32,000 bases of DNA from Promethearchaeota archaeon (GCA_048938295.1 JBHLMI010000011.1:1-32000); one strand, 5' to 3'; shown: positions 8,063 through 16,921, numbered from the stretch's first letter. Notes: a model not told the origin generated them from the letters alone. A program made the numbers and translations.

Positions 8063-10861
8063 GTGATAGGCATGAGCAGAGAATCTCCACCAGAAGGGCT
8101 CCTCGACTATTCAGAATGTCTAGCGAGCCTCGGCACAGACCCTGAAGGGCTGAAACCAGAAGAGGCTAAAAAGAAGCTCTTGGAACACGGACGTAACGAA
8201 CTCACAATGAAGGAGAGGCAGAGCCCCGTTTCGCTCTTCCTCCGTCAGTTCAAATCGCCTCTGGTGTATGTTCTCATTTTTGCCGCCGTTGTCTCTATTC
8301 TAGTAGACCATGCAGTAGACGCAGTGGTCATCGCCATCATTCTCTTGATCAATGCGACTATAGGCTTCGTCCAGGAGTGGAAGGCAGAAAGAACCATCGA
8401 GTCCATCAAACAGCTCATAGAACAGCGGTCCATCGTCATTCGCGGTGGAGAGGAGACCGAGATCCCGTCCGCAGAGCTGGTGCCTGGGGACCTGCTCCTT
8501 CTCAGAGCTGGCGAGAAGGTCCCAGCAGACGGAAGGGTGTTATTCGAGAGCAACCTGCATGTCGATGAGAGTCTCCTCACTGGCGAGAGCGTACCAATCA
8601 AGAAAGATGTGTTCTGCGCGGTTGAGAACCCACACTACTATGAGGAGTCCAACAAGGTCTTCGCTGGCTCGTATGTTACAGAAGGACGCGCCCGTATTCT
8701 AGTGCTGGCTACTGGTGATAACACCACTTTAGGTGAAATCAACAAGGAGCTCTCGGGCGTCGCTAAGAAAGAAACAACCATCATGATTCGAGTAAAGCGA
8801 CTGAGCATCTTCTTTCTTGCTGCTGCAATGCTCTTCTTGGTGCTCACAGTAATTTTGGGGCTCTACCGGAGCATACCCGTTGTGGAGCTCTTACTGTTCT
8901 CACTATCTGCACTTGTATCTGCAATTCCTGAGGGACTCATCGCTATTGTCACCATAGTGCTCTCTGTTGGAGTCTACAAGCTTTCACAGAAGAATGTCAT
9001 TGTGAGAAACTTGGGTGTCGTAGAAACGCTAGGCCTAGTCAATGTCATTTGCTCCGACAAGACCGGAACTCTTACGAAGAACCAAATGATGACCCGCAGG
9101 ATATTCACTCCGAACCATATGTTCGAGATAAGTGGCGTAGGATTTGATGTCGAAAGCGGAGGGGTCTTCCTTGCAGGCTGTGGCCCAGCAGAATGCCTTC
9201 GTTCGCCAGACCTCGATATGAGCCAAGGGTCCTCAGAAGAGCGCATCGAGGGGGATGGGCTCAAGGAGTACCCCGATCTTGAAAGGCTTCTGACGATGAT
9301 GGCTCTCTGTAATGACTCAGAAGTCTATTCGGAGTGCCTCACAGCAGACGACCCAACGAGAATCTGCACCGGAGCCGATCAGGCATGGAGGATACGCGGG
9401 TCACCTACTGAGGCTGCTCTGCTGGTGGCGTTGGAGAAGGTCGGTCTTCACAAGTATGTGCTCGATGAGGCCTGGCCACGTATTTCTGAGATTCCCTTCA
9501 ACAGCGAGAGGAAGTTCATGGCTACGCTTCATCAGCCCAGCAAGCTCCTGGGTGCAGAAGGAGAGGAAAATCTGGTCATAGTAAAGGGAGCCCCAGAGGT
9601 CATAGAGCAGTTACTTGTGGCCCAATCAAACACAGAGGAGATCGTAACGGAGTTCGCTTCACAAGGACTCAGAATGCTCGCATGCGCGGTCAGGACTGTA
9701 TCCCCTGATAAGACCCAGATAGCCCAGGAGGATCTCAGAGACATGGCATTCGTTGGACTCTGTGGAATCAACGACCCACCAAGGGAAGCCGTCCGTGACT
9801 ACATCGAGAAGGCAAACAGTGCAGGCATTGCTGTCATCATGATAACTGGTGACAATGCCTTTACAGCCAAGGCAATTGGGCAGGAAGTGGGCATCTTTGT
9901 TGAGGAGAGAGGAGACCTGATACTTACTGGTGATGAGATAGATGCTATGGATGACCAGCAGCTTCAAGATGCACTGACTCATGGTGCAACAGTCCTCTCC
10001 AGAACGAGCCCAATCCACAAGCTCAGAGTTGTAAAAGCACTGCAGAGCCTCGACAAGCTCGTCAGCATGACGGGCGATGGCGTGAATGACAGCCCAGCTC
10101 TAAGACAGGCTAACGTTGGCATAGCTATGGGCGTCACAGGGACTGACATCGCCAAGGAAGCCTCTGATATCGTGCTGCAGGACGAGCGCTTTGAGGCTGT
10201 AGTCGACGGCATTGAAGAGGGTAGAAACATCCTGGCTTCGCTCCGGCGTGTTGTTCTCTTTCTGACATCGACGAATCTGGCCGAGAGCTTCACTATCCTT
10301 GCAGTGCTCTTGCTTTTCGTGAATCCTGTTCTTCTGCTTCCGATTCAAATCCTTTGGGTCAATCTCGTTACTGATGGCATGCTAGACATTGCGCTCTCTC
10401 TCGAGCCAAAGGAGAAGGGTCTCTTGGATGAAGGGCCAGGCTCCCTGAAGGATCGGATCCTCTCTTGGGAAACCCTCAGCAGAGCGCTCTTCTATGGTGG
10501 CATCATGGCATCCTTAGTTGTCATCATCTACTACCAGAATCTTGGTCTGCCAGAGGACAAGATCAGGACAATGATGTTCGTTACTCTTATCGTGGTCCAG
10601 TGGTTCAGCGTCCAGAATTGCAGATCCCCCACCAAGTCAATTCGAGAGATGGGAATCCTTCGGAATCGATACATACTCGTCGTCTATCTCATCAACATCA
10701 TACTAGTCGGAATCCTCTTTGTGGTCCCAGCGCTAACAGCAGTCTTCAAAATTGTGCCGCTTTCTTGGTATGAATGGATTGAAGTGGTCCTGTTCGGATC
10801 CTTGGTTATCATCCTTGAAGAAGCAAGGAAGCTCGTAGCAAAGAGACTGCGCAATGACTAG
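8063..10861 (+). CDS. P2A-type cation (probably Ca2+) transporting P-type ATPase
   Basis: TGES, AIPEGL (M4), DKTGT, KGAPE, DPPR, TGDGVND, M5 TNLAE, M6 WVNLVTDG. M8 has Q at the SERCA E908 position. Confidence 0.95.
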   Translation: MIGMSRESPPEGLLDYSECLASLGTDPEGLKPEEAKKKLLEHGRNELTMKERQSPVSLFLRQFKSPLVYVLIFAAVVSILVDHAVDAVVIAIILLINATIGFVQEWKAERTIESIKQLIEQRSIVIRGGEETEIPSAELVPGDLLLLRAGEKVPADGRVLFESNLHVDESLLTGESVPIKKDVFCAVENPHYYEESNKVFAGSYVTEGRARILVLATGDNTTLGEINKELSGVAKKETTIMIRVKRLSIFFLAAAMLFLVLTVILGLYRSIPVVELLLFSLSALVSAIPEGLIAIVTIVLSVGVYKLSQKNVIVRNLGVVETLGLVNVICSDKTGTLTKNQMMTRRIFTPNHMFEISGVGFDVESGGVFLAGCGPAECLRSPDLDMSQGSSEERIEGDGLKEYPDLERLLTMMALCNDSEVYSECLTADDPTRICTGADQAWRIRGSPTEAALLVALEKVGLHKYVLDEAWPRISEIPFNSERKFMATLHQPSKLLGAEGEENLVIVKGAPEVIEQLLVAQSNTEEIVTEFASQGLRMLACAVRTVSPDKTQIAQEDLRDMAFVGLCGINDPPREAVRDYIEKANSAGIAVIMITGDNAFTAKAIGQEVGIFVEERGDLILTGDEIDAMDDQQLQDALTHGATVLSRTSPIHKLRVVKALQSLDKLVSMTGDGVNDSPALRQANVGIAMGVTGTDIAKEASDIVLQDERFEAVVDGIEEGRNILASLRRVVLFLTSTNLAESFTILAVLLLFVNPVLLLPIQILWVNLVTDGMLDIALSLEPKEKGLLDEGPGSLKDRILSWETLSRALFYGGIMASLVVIIYYQNLGLPEDKIRTMMFVTLIVVQWFSVQNCRSPTKSIREMGILRNRYILVVYLINIILVGILFVVPALTAVFKIVPLSWYEWIEVVLFGSLVIILEEARKLVAKRLRND

Positions 10862-11076
10862 AGCGGAGTCTTTCGGTAAGCGTCAGGAACCCGTATTTCA
10901 GTGTCGCCAGCAAACACATCCCTAAGCAGCTAAATGTACTCGTCAATGTCCTTTAGGCGCTTGTCCCTCGCGTTGGGTTTGATGTTCGACTCAACGACTC
11001 AGAGAGATTTCGATTTGTCTCAAGATAACAAAGGTTTAATTGCATTCGAATTCGAAGGCTGGTAGAGGTACCTGTA

Positions 11077-11880
11077 TTGAATAATTCGGTGTCGGTCGAT
11101 GCGTTGAAACCTACAACGTGGGGTGGGTTTTGGGACATTTTCGGTGAGGTTCTAGTTGACCTCCTAGATATTCAGGAAGGACAGCGTGTGCTAGATGTGG
11201 GCACCGGCGGGGGGTCCGTGCTCTATCCCCTTTCGAAAAAAGTCGGTGCATCAGGATGTGTCATTGGCGTCGAAACATGTGATCATTGTGTGAAAAATAC
11301 CAATGCAGAAATTCAGCGATGTAAGATTCACAATGCAGTGGTGCATTACATGGATGCACGTGAAGCCGAATTCGAGGACTACTCCTTTGATTGCGTCACG
11401 GCTGGCTTCATTGGGTGGGACGATTACTTTGACTTCCAGACACTTGAGTACAAGAAAGCCGATGCGCTGATGGAGGCAATATGTAGATTTCTAAAGCCCG
11501 CAGGGAAGTTTGGCATGAGTACGTGGCTCCTGCAAGAGGATCTGGATTGGATGTATAAGTTCCTCTCAGCGCAGTCAATTGAGTGCAAACGCAATTACTC
11601 CACTGAGAATGAGAAAGGATGGAAAAAGATTCTCTCACTAGCCGGATTCCAGAATATACGAGGATACACTAAGCAGGCTTCATTCACCTATGATACTCTT
11701 GATTTCTGGTGGCAAGAGATGATGGACTATAATTGGCTTGTCACAGGAAAAAACAGTGATGTGATTACTGAGTCCATAAAGGCAGCAGCGTTTGCATCAT
11801 TACAAGGGCGGTTGACAGAGACTGGTGGCATACCCTTCAGGCGCGATGCACTCTTTGTGACGGCAATCCGCCAGGCATAG
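11077..11880 (+). CDS. class I SAM-dependent methyltransferase (UbiE-like)
   Basis: VLDVGTGGG motif I, MDA, SFDCV, LKPAGKF; TTG start. Confidence 0.88.
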   Translation: MNNSVSVDALKPTTWGGFWDIFGEVLVDLLDIQEGQRVLDVGTGGGSVLYPLSKKVGASGCVIGVETCDHCVKNTNAEIQRCKIHNAVVHYMDAREAEFEDYSFDCVTAGFIGWDDYFDFQTLEYKKADALMEAICRFLKPAGKFGMSTWLLQEDLDWMYKFLSAQSIECKRNYSTENEKGWKKILSLAGFQNIRGYTKQASFTYDTLDFWWQEMMDYNWLVTGKNSDVITESIKAAAFASLQGRLTETGGIPFRRDALFVTAIRQA

Positions 11881-11944
11881 CTCACTATGAAGCCCAATTT
11901 CCTGGCAAACCAATTACACAAGATGACTTGAATTTCAGTTAGTT

Positions 11945-11980
11945 TTGGAAGACTTTTATTCATTATTCACGCATGCCTAG
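11945..11980 (+). repeat. possible degenerate left half of the dispersed polar repeat
   Basis: TTGGAAGAC (1 mismatch), followed after 18 nt by CATGCCTAG, as in the 16728 copy; no right half. Confidence 0.3.
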
Positions 11981-11997
11981 CTGGAGGGTCTAAGGTA

Positions 11998-12876
11998 GTG
12001 CGATTCTTCATTGGATTGTATACAAATTGGATGAATGAGTGGCCGGCTATTGAAGAGGTGGTGCTGGCTGCCGATCGGTTGGGATTTGATGGCGTTGTGA
12101 TGCCAGACCATTATATGTTCAGCGAAGAAGTCATGGCCATTCGTCCGGACCGGAATGCCACCTTAGAATCTTGGATTGCAATAGCGGTCCTTGCGAGTCG
12201 GACAGAGCGAGTGCGGTTGGGAACATTAGTATCGCCCATTCCACTGCGTCCCCCGGGATTACTGGCAAAGATAGTAACCACGGTGGATGTCTTGTCCAAG
12301 GGTCGAGTCGTATTAGGTGTGGGCGCCGGTTGGTCAGATGTCGAATTCGAAGGGTATAGCGTATGGGATTCACCCAAGGTACGCGTTGGTAAGGTTGAAG
12401 AAGGCGTGGAATTGATGCGCCGCTTATGGACCGAGGACGCCGTGTCTTTTGAAGGGAAGTATTACCAGGCAAAGGATGCTGTGTTGGAACCGAAACCGGT
12501 GCAACAACCCCATCCAACCCTGCTCTTTGGAGGGCATAAAAACCGAATGCTGAGGCTAGCTGGTCGGTTTGCTGATCTTGCATATATTAAAACCGCTGAG
12601 GAAAATTTGGATTTGGAATGTGAGCTCTTTGAGGAGAAAAAAGCGAAGGTGCTACAAAGTGCCAAGGACCATAATCGGAGCAATGAGCTGGCGTTTATGT
12701 TTGGGAGTTTTCATGTTCACCTCTTATATAGTGCATTTGATGTGAAGGAGTGTCAGGATCGGGTGGAAGCCGCGGAAAAGGTGGGCGCCCAGTATTTTTT
12801 GACCCCATTTCCAGCGGGAAGACAAGTTGAAGCGATGAAACAGTTTGCAAAAGAGATTATGCCATCTTATTCGTAA
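11998..12876 (+). CDS. LLM-class flavin/F420-dependent oxidoreductase
   Basis: GFDGVVMPDH, RVRLGTLVS, SKGRVVLGVGAGW and PKPVQQPHPTLLFGG motifs. Confidence 0.92.
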   Translation: MRFFIGLYTNWMNEWPAIEEVVLAADRLGFDGVVMPDHYMFSEEVMAIRPDRNATLESWIAIAVLASRTERVRLGTLVSPIPLRPPGLLAKIVTTVDVLSKGRVVLGVGAGWSDVEFEGYSVWDSPKVRVGKVEEGVELMRRLWTEDAVSFEGKYYQAKDAVLEPKPVQQPHPTLLFGGHKNRMLRLAGRFADLAYIKTAEENLDLECELFEEKKAKVLQSAKDHNRSNELAFMFGSFHVHLLYSAFDVKECQDRVEAAEKVGAQYFLTPFPAGRQVEAMKQFAKEIMPSYS

Positions 12877-12931
12877 GCACTAAATTCGTCTAGTCAACCA
12901 ATTTTCTGTGTTACCGCCTTTTTGACAATTA

Positions 12932-12984
12932 TTCGAAGACGCGAGTCTTCAACATGCTGTGAACGATGATTTAATTCGTATCAT
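12932..12984 (+). repeat. dispersed polar repeat copy (shortened, 18-nt spacer)
   Basis: TTCGAAGAC...GTGAACGATGATTTAATTCGTATCAT; internal hairpin GAAGAC-GCGA-GTCTTC. Confidence 0.65.
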
Positions 12985-13036
12985 AAATGCACCACTCTGA
13001 AGTCAATAGCGAGCTTGTATGAATGAGGATTTGTTC

Positions 13037-13690
13037 TCATTCTTCGATATCGGTTTTCTTTTTCTGGAGCTGTTCAATGGTTTTGTAAGAGTTCCACAAA
13101 TTACCTTGAAACATAGCAAAAGGGATAATCAAGATTAATTGGACTACGAACATACCCACTAACCTAATGAGGATCACCCCTAATGGGCCCCATAGAAGGC
13201 TTATCATCGCTTCTAGATTGACAAATGTTAGATAGAAGAATTTGGAAGCGGTGAAACACGCAAGATTAATTAAAAATAGTCCAAAACTGAAGATGAAATA
13301 CAAGAGCAATTGCACGGCTCGTCGAAGATTTTTTTCCACATTCTGTTGGAGCTCAGCAAACTTTTCAGACGGAAATAAAGTGGGTTCTATTTCGAGGGTT
13401 TTGTTAGCTAGGTAGAACTGAATTTCGTGGCTGATGATAGAACCAATGATGGCTAGTCCGAGAGCGTAGGTGATGGTGAGGAACATCACCAGCGGCATCC
13501 CCCACGTTGTAAGCATTTCTTGGGGATATTCGAGGATATAAATCACAACTATGAATAAGAAGCCGAGAAGAACTCCTACTAACCCAAGTATGGCGTCAAA
13601 GTGGATAGTAGGGCGTTGAAGTTTGGCTGGATTATCCGTCACTATAAGACCTCCTGAGCAGTTCAACAGACACAGACCACATTCAGTCAT
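13037..13690 (-). CDS. hypothetical membrane protein (about 4 TM)
   Basis: 217-aa ORF with four long hydrophobic segments; start uncertain; no family recognised. Confidence 0.7.
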   Translation of the reverse strand: MTECGLCLLNCSGGLIVTDNPAKLQRPTIHFDAILGLVGVLLGFLFIVVIYILEYPQEMLTTWGMPLVMFLTITYALGLAIIGSIISHEIQFYLANKTLEIEPTLFPSEKFAELQQNVEKNLRRAVQLLLYFIFSFGLFLINLACFTASKFFYLTFVNLEAMISLLWGPLGVILIRLVGMFVVQLILIIPFAMFQGNLWNSYKTIEQLQKKKTDIEE

Positions 13691-13919
13691 GAGCCATCAA
13701 CGGGAAATCGAACTGGTTCTCAAGAGCTTATTAGAAGACACTTTTTGGTTAATAAGATGTTACTTTACTTGATTAGCGTAGACTACTATTCTAGTTCTTG
13801 ATGTGATGATGTTATTTAGTGCTCTTTTGTTTGGCTTCGGTTTCTGATACTATTTTCTGGTGTTATTTGGCAGCCACTAAGAGAGAGAAAATCCAATGAT
13901 GATGCAAACCTGACTTTAG

Positions 13920-13975
13920 TTCGAAGATTGATCTGTAATTCTAAGTAATTGTTATTGTGAGGTAGCTTGGTTATT
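13920..13975 (+). repeat. degenerate dispersed polar repeat copy
   Basis: TTCGAAGAT-TGATC-TG-TAATTCTAA...GTGAGG; resembles the 19103 copy (CTGTGATTTCTAA); overlaps the stop codon at 13952. Confidence 0.5.
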
Positions 13976-14677
13976 TGAGTCCTTGATTAGTTCAAACTGG
14001 CATCTAGCATCACAAATTTCATCAGGGTTCAGTGTGACCACACTTAGGGCAATGGCCATTGGGTGTCTAAGTGGTTCCTTCCAATTTCGTTTTACTTTAG
14101 AAAGATGCACCTGTAAATCTTGGATGAATTCTGTGAGTCTGATGTCTAGACCATCAAACTGTCCCTTTTCCGCAACATGAAACCCAATAATCTTGGTGAC
14201 CTTATGGCACGCTTCTTGATTTCCATTGTTAATCGGGTGTCTTTGAGAAAGCATAAGGCGGGTAGTGAGTTGGTTGAGTATGAGAGGAACAGTTTCCCAT
14301 GCCTGTACCCAACGGTTGAGTATTTCGGATCCCTTTTTTTCCTGTGCATAGTTCACGAGTCCATCAGCTGTGGTACGTTCGAGTAATTGTCCGAGGGTTT
14401 GGTGAATGTAATAGTGGGTACGATAACGGCGATCTTCCACGGTTGCATCTTCTTCTTTGGTAAGAAGGCCTAGTTTTAACATCAGGGCTAGACTTCTGAA
14501 TACGCTGGCATGTGCAAGTTCAGTTTTTTCCCTCAGTTCGGATGGCGTGGTTTTGCCGAAGAGTTGTAAGTAAGCGTAGATGAGTAATGTCGAGTCTTGG
14601 TTGATGACTCGAATGATGTCTTGAATTCTTGAGAGTTTGACATCTTGAGATGCAGTGGGGGATGGATTGGGAGGAAT
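13952..14677 (-). CDS. winged-helix transcription regulator (MarR/ArsR/TrmB-like N-terminus)
   Basis: The frame of ORF 13952..14482 stays open upstream through LLIYAYLQLFGKTTPSELREKTELAHASVFRSLALMLKLGLL (wHTH). It reaches an ATT at 14677, six nt after AGGTGA; start codon inferred. Confidence 0.75.
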   Translation of the reverse strand: MPPNPSPTASQDVKLSRIQDIIRVINQDSTLLIYAYLQLFGKTTPSELREKTELAHASVFRSLALMLKLGLLTKEEDATVEDRRYRTHYYIHQTLGQLLERTTADGLVNYAQEKKGSEILNRWVQAWETVPLILNQLTTRLMLSQRHPINNGNQEACHKVTKIIGFHVAEKGQFDGLDIRLTEFIQDLQVHLSKVKRNWKEPLRHPMAIALSVVTLNPDEICDARCQFELIKDSNNQATSQ

Positions 14678-14778
14678 TGCAGTTCACCTACTCAGAGACG
14701 ATGACCTAGTGATGTGTATGTGGATCGTCCAGTTCTTGACTGAAGTCCGTTGAGAGTAGTTGCCTTTTGTCTTAAGAA

Positions 14779-14796
14779 TATATCTTGTGAGATATA
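14779..14796. promoter_or_regulatory. palindromic operator candidate TATATC-N6-GATATA
   Basis: TATATCT-TGTG-AGATATA, ~100 bp upstream of the wHTH gene. Confidence 0.5.
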
Positions 14797-14824
14797 GGTT
14801 CGTAACTCGGAGGCTAATAGCTAC

Positions 14825-15694
14825 TCAATTAATGAGCGCAAAGCGGGTATTCGGGTAATCGATGACTAGTGTGTAACTCTTCAGGAAGGGATATCCGAGA
14901 ACGCCATAATTAATTTCGTCACCGTTTGGAGAAATTAGTTTGAGATCGATTACACCCACATCCATGTTCTCTTGGGTGACTGAACCCACGGTGAGTTGGT
15001 GTAAGGTCGCACCAAATCCGGTTGCAACGCCTGTAGGGCCAACACAAACGCCTTGAGAACATCCCTGAGCTTGCGCAATTTTCTGCTCTTCGCTGCGTTG
15101 GGGTTGGTCATCAGTAATTCCTAATGTGTTCGCTATTGAAGGAGTGATGACCGTTCCAGAAGCTCCAGTATCGAGGATTAGTTCAAAAGGTCCCTGACCG
15201 TTAAGGTGAACAGGAACCCTCATTAGATGAGTGCCTTCTACATACTGGAATGGAATCCACTCGACATTCTTCTCACCCATTGCTGATGGATCTAGCTGTT
15301 TTTCGAGTGTTACGGTTTCAGTCTGATAGTCAATTATTAGGATGTAATCTTTCAAAATATCGTGACCAATGACTCCTGGGGTGAAACAACCAGCTCCCGT
15401 GATCGGGCTAAAATCGATTATTGCAATCGCCTTATCGTGAAAGGTGAATTTTCCTAATTGGAGGCTCGACACCGTTGCTGTTTTGACGGGAATTGGGTTT
15501 CCACCCACACCAATGGCTTTGGCTTTGGAACTTTGATATACCTCGAGGTCAATCTGATCAGCGAGCGCTTTGGAGATCACTGTCATTCCAGCCCCGGTGT
15601 CCAATGTGAAGTCAAATGGGCCTTTTCCGTTGACATATGCTGAGAGGTGGATGTGACCTGAATCTTTGGCGAGTCTAATTTTCACAGTGCTCAC
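14825..15694 (-). CDS. twin-domain retropepsin-like aspartyl protease (clan AA)
   Basis: Two catalytic motifs, FTLDTGAG and LILDTGAS, each followed by a GVIGHD / GVLGYP-type motif. Confidence 0.9.
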   Translation of the reverse strand: MSTVKIRLAKDSGHIHLSAYVNGKGPFDFTLDTGAGMTVISKALADQIDLEVYQSSKAKAIGVGGNPIPVKTATVSSLQLGKFTFHDKAIAIIDFSPITGAGCFTPGVIGHDILKDYILIIDYQTETVTLEKQLDPSAMGEKNVEWIPFQYVEGTHLMRVPVHLNGQGPFELILDTGASGTVITPSIANTLGITDDQPQRSEEQKIAQAQGCSQGVCVGPTGVATGFGATLHQLTVGSVTQENMDVGVIDLKLISPNGDEINYGVLGYPFLKSYTLVIDYPNTRFALIN

Positions 15695-15717
15695 TTCTTT
15701 TTACTTTTAAGGGAAAC

Positions 15718-15735
15718 TATATCACGGATGATATA
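15718..15735. promoter_or_regulatory. palindromic operator candidate TATATC-N6-GATATA
   Basis: TATATCA-CGGA-TGATATA, perfect 7-bp arms, 24 bp upstream of the protease start. Confidence 0.5.
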
Positions 15736-15771
15736 TATTAAACCTGTCTCTTCAATGAGATATATTAAGTT

Positions 15772-15829
15772 TTCGATGACAGAGATGCTGTTTTTCACTA
15801 ATGAAGTGAAAGGTGATTTGTTTTACATC
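15772..15829 (+). repeat. dispersed polar repeat copy (25-nt spacer class)
   Basis: TTCGATGAC-AGAGA-TG...GTGAAAGGTGATTTGTTTTACATC. Confidence 0.85.
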
Positions 15830-16028
15830 TTAAGAAATCATGCATCTCAAATCTTCAGCGAATTAAAGAACTAAGCTACTATCTTGATCCACTTTTCGAT
15901 GGTTTTATGGAAACGAAAGCACCATATTCCCCCTCCATACACCTTGAAATCCTCATTCAGCGTTTCCTAAAAACAGACCAAAATCCTTTTTTCAGAAATT
16001 CTCTATTGTGAATGAGGTGTAGCTATGC

Positions 16029-16553
16029 ATGGTTTCAAAATATAGTTTCAAAGTTATTATGATGGGAGATGGTGCAGTTGGAAAAACCTCTTTGGTTATT
16101 CGATATACGGAAAATCGTTTTGATCTAAAATACAAAGCGACTTTAGGTGCAGCCTTTGCCGCCAAAGAGGTTAAGATCACTAATGTCGAAATCAACCTAA
16201 TGATTTGGGATCTAGCAGGTCAGCCTTCGTTTGATGAGGTACGGGATCGTTATTACCTAGGTTCTTCAGCAGCCATACTTGTTTTCGACGTTACTAATGC
16301 TTCAACCACTGAGAAACTAAGAAACTGGTTAGTAAAATTCAGAAAACAGGTTCCGAAAGGACCAGTCATTTTAGTTGGGAATAAAACAGATTTGGAGGAA
16401 AAACGTCAAATCTCAACCCAAGAAGCACATGAGATTAGAGACAAATTACAATTACCGTATTTTGAAACATCCTGTTCAACCGGCGATGGAGTCAATGAGG
16501 TATTCCACAGCCTTATCATTAAAACCCTCGAAGCCAAGGAAAGAAGAAGATAA
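16029..16553 (+). CDS. Rab-like small GTPase (eukaryotic signature protein)
   Basis: G1 GDGAVGKT, switch I YKATLGAAF, G3 WDLAGQ, G4 GNKTD, G5 ETSC; RabF-like LMIW, YYLGS and LVFDVT; no C-terminal Cys motif. Confidence 0.95.
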   Translation: MVSKYSFKVIMMGDGAVGKTSLVIRYTENRFDLKYKATLGAAFAAKEVKITNVEINLMIWDLAGQPSFDEVRDRYYLGSSAAILVFDVTNASTTEKLRNWLVKFRKQVPKGPVILVGNKTDLEEKRQISTQEAHEIRDKLQLPYFETSCSTGDGVNEVFHSLIIKTLEAKERRR

Positions 16554-16727
16554 ACAGCTAAACGCCCAAATAGCGTTTATGAATCATATGGTTATTTTTC
16601 TCTTCGATGAGCATCGCATCATTCTTTCTAATTATATCAAAATAAGATTTTACCTGAGGATTTGTTCAAGCATTAATTCTCTTTGAGTTGGTCTCTTTTA
16701 CAATTGTTATTGGCTTTTTGAGATATT

Positions 16728-16788
16728 TTCGAAGACATACATGCCTAGAATCTTTCAAGTGATGTGAAAGATAGATTTGTTTTACATC
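16728..16788 (+). repeat. dispersed polar repeat copy (27-nt spacer class, closest to consensus)
   Basis: TTCGAAGACATACATGCCTAGAATCTTTCAAGTGATGTGAAAGATAGATTTGTTTTACATC. Confidence 0.9.
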
Positions 16789-16921
16789 GCGGGCTAAGCG
16801 GAAAATTAAATTTCTGAGATTAGGGTCATGCATGATAAAACTTGGCTGTCACGAGCTCATTTTCATCGTTTTGCTAAAAAAAGAAAGAGCCGAAAGGACA
16901 CTCCAAGCCATCTATTTGAGG

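Noticed and set aside
13732-13760. TAGAAGACAC and, similarly, TCGAAGGAC at ~28979 as extra left boxes
   Set aside because: No N5-TG and no GTGAAA box at the right distance; chance matches are likely in AT-rich DNA.
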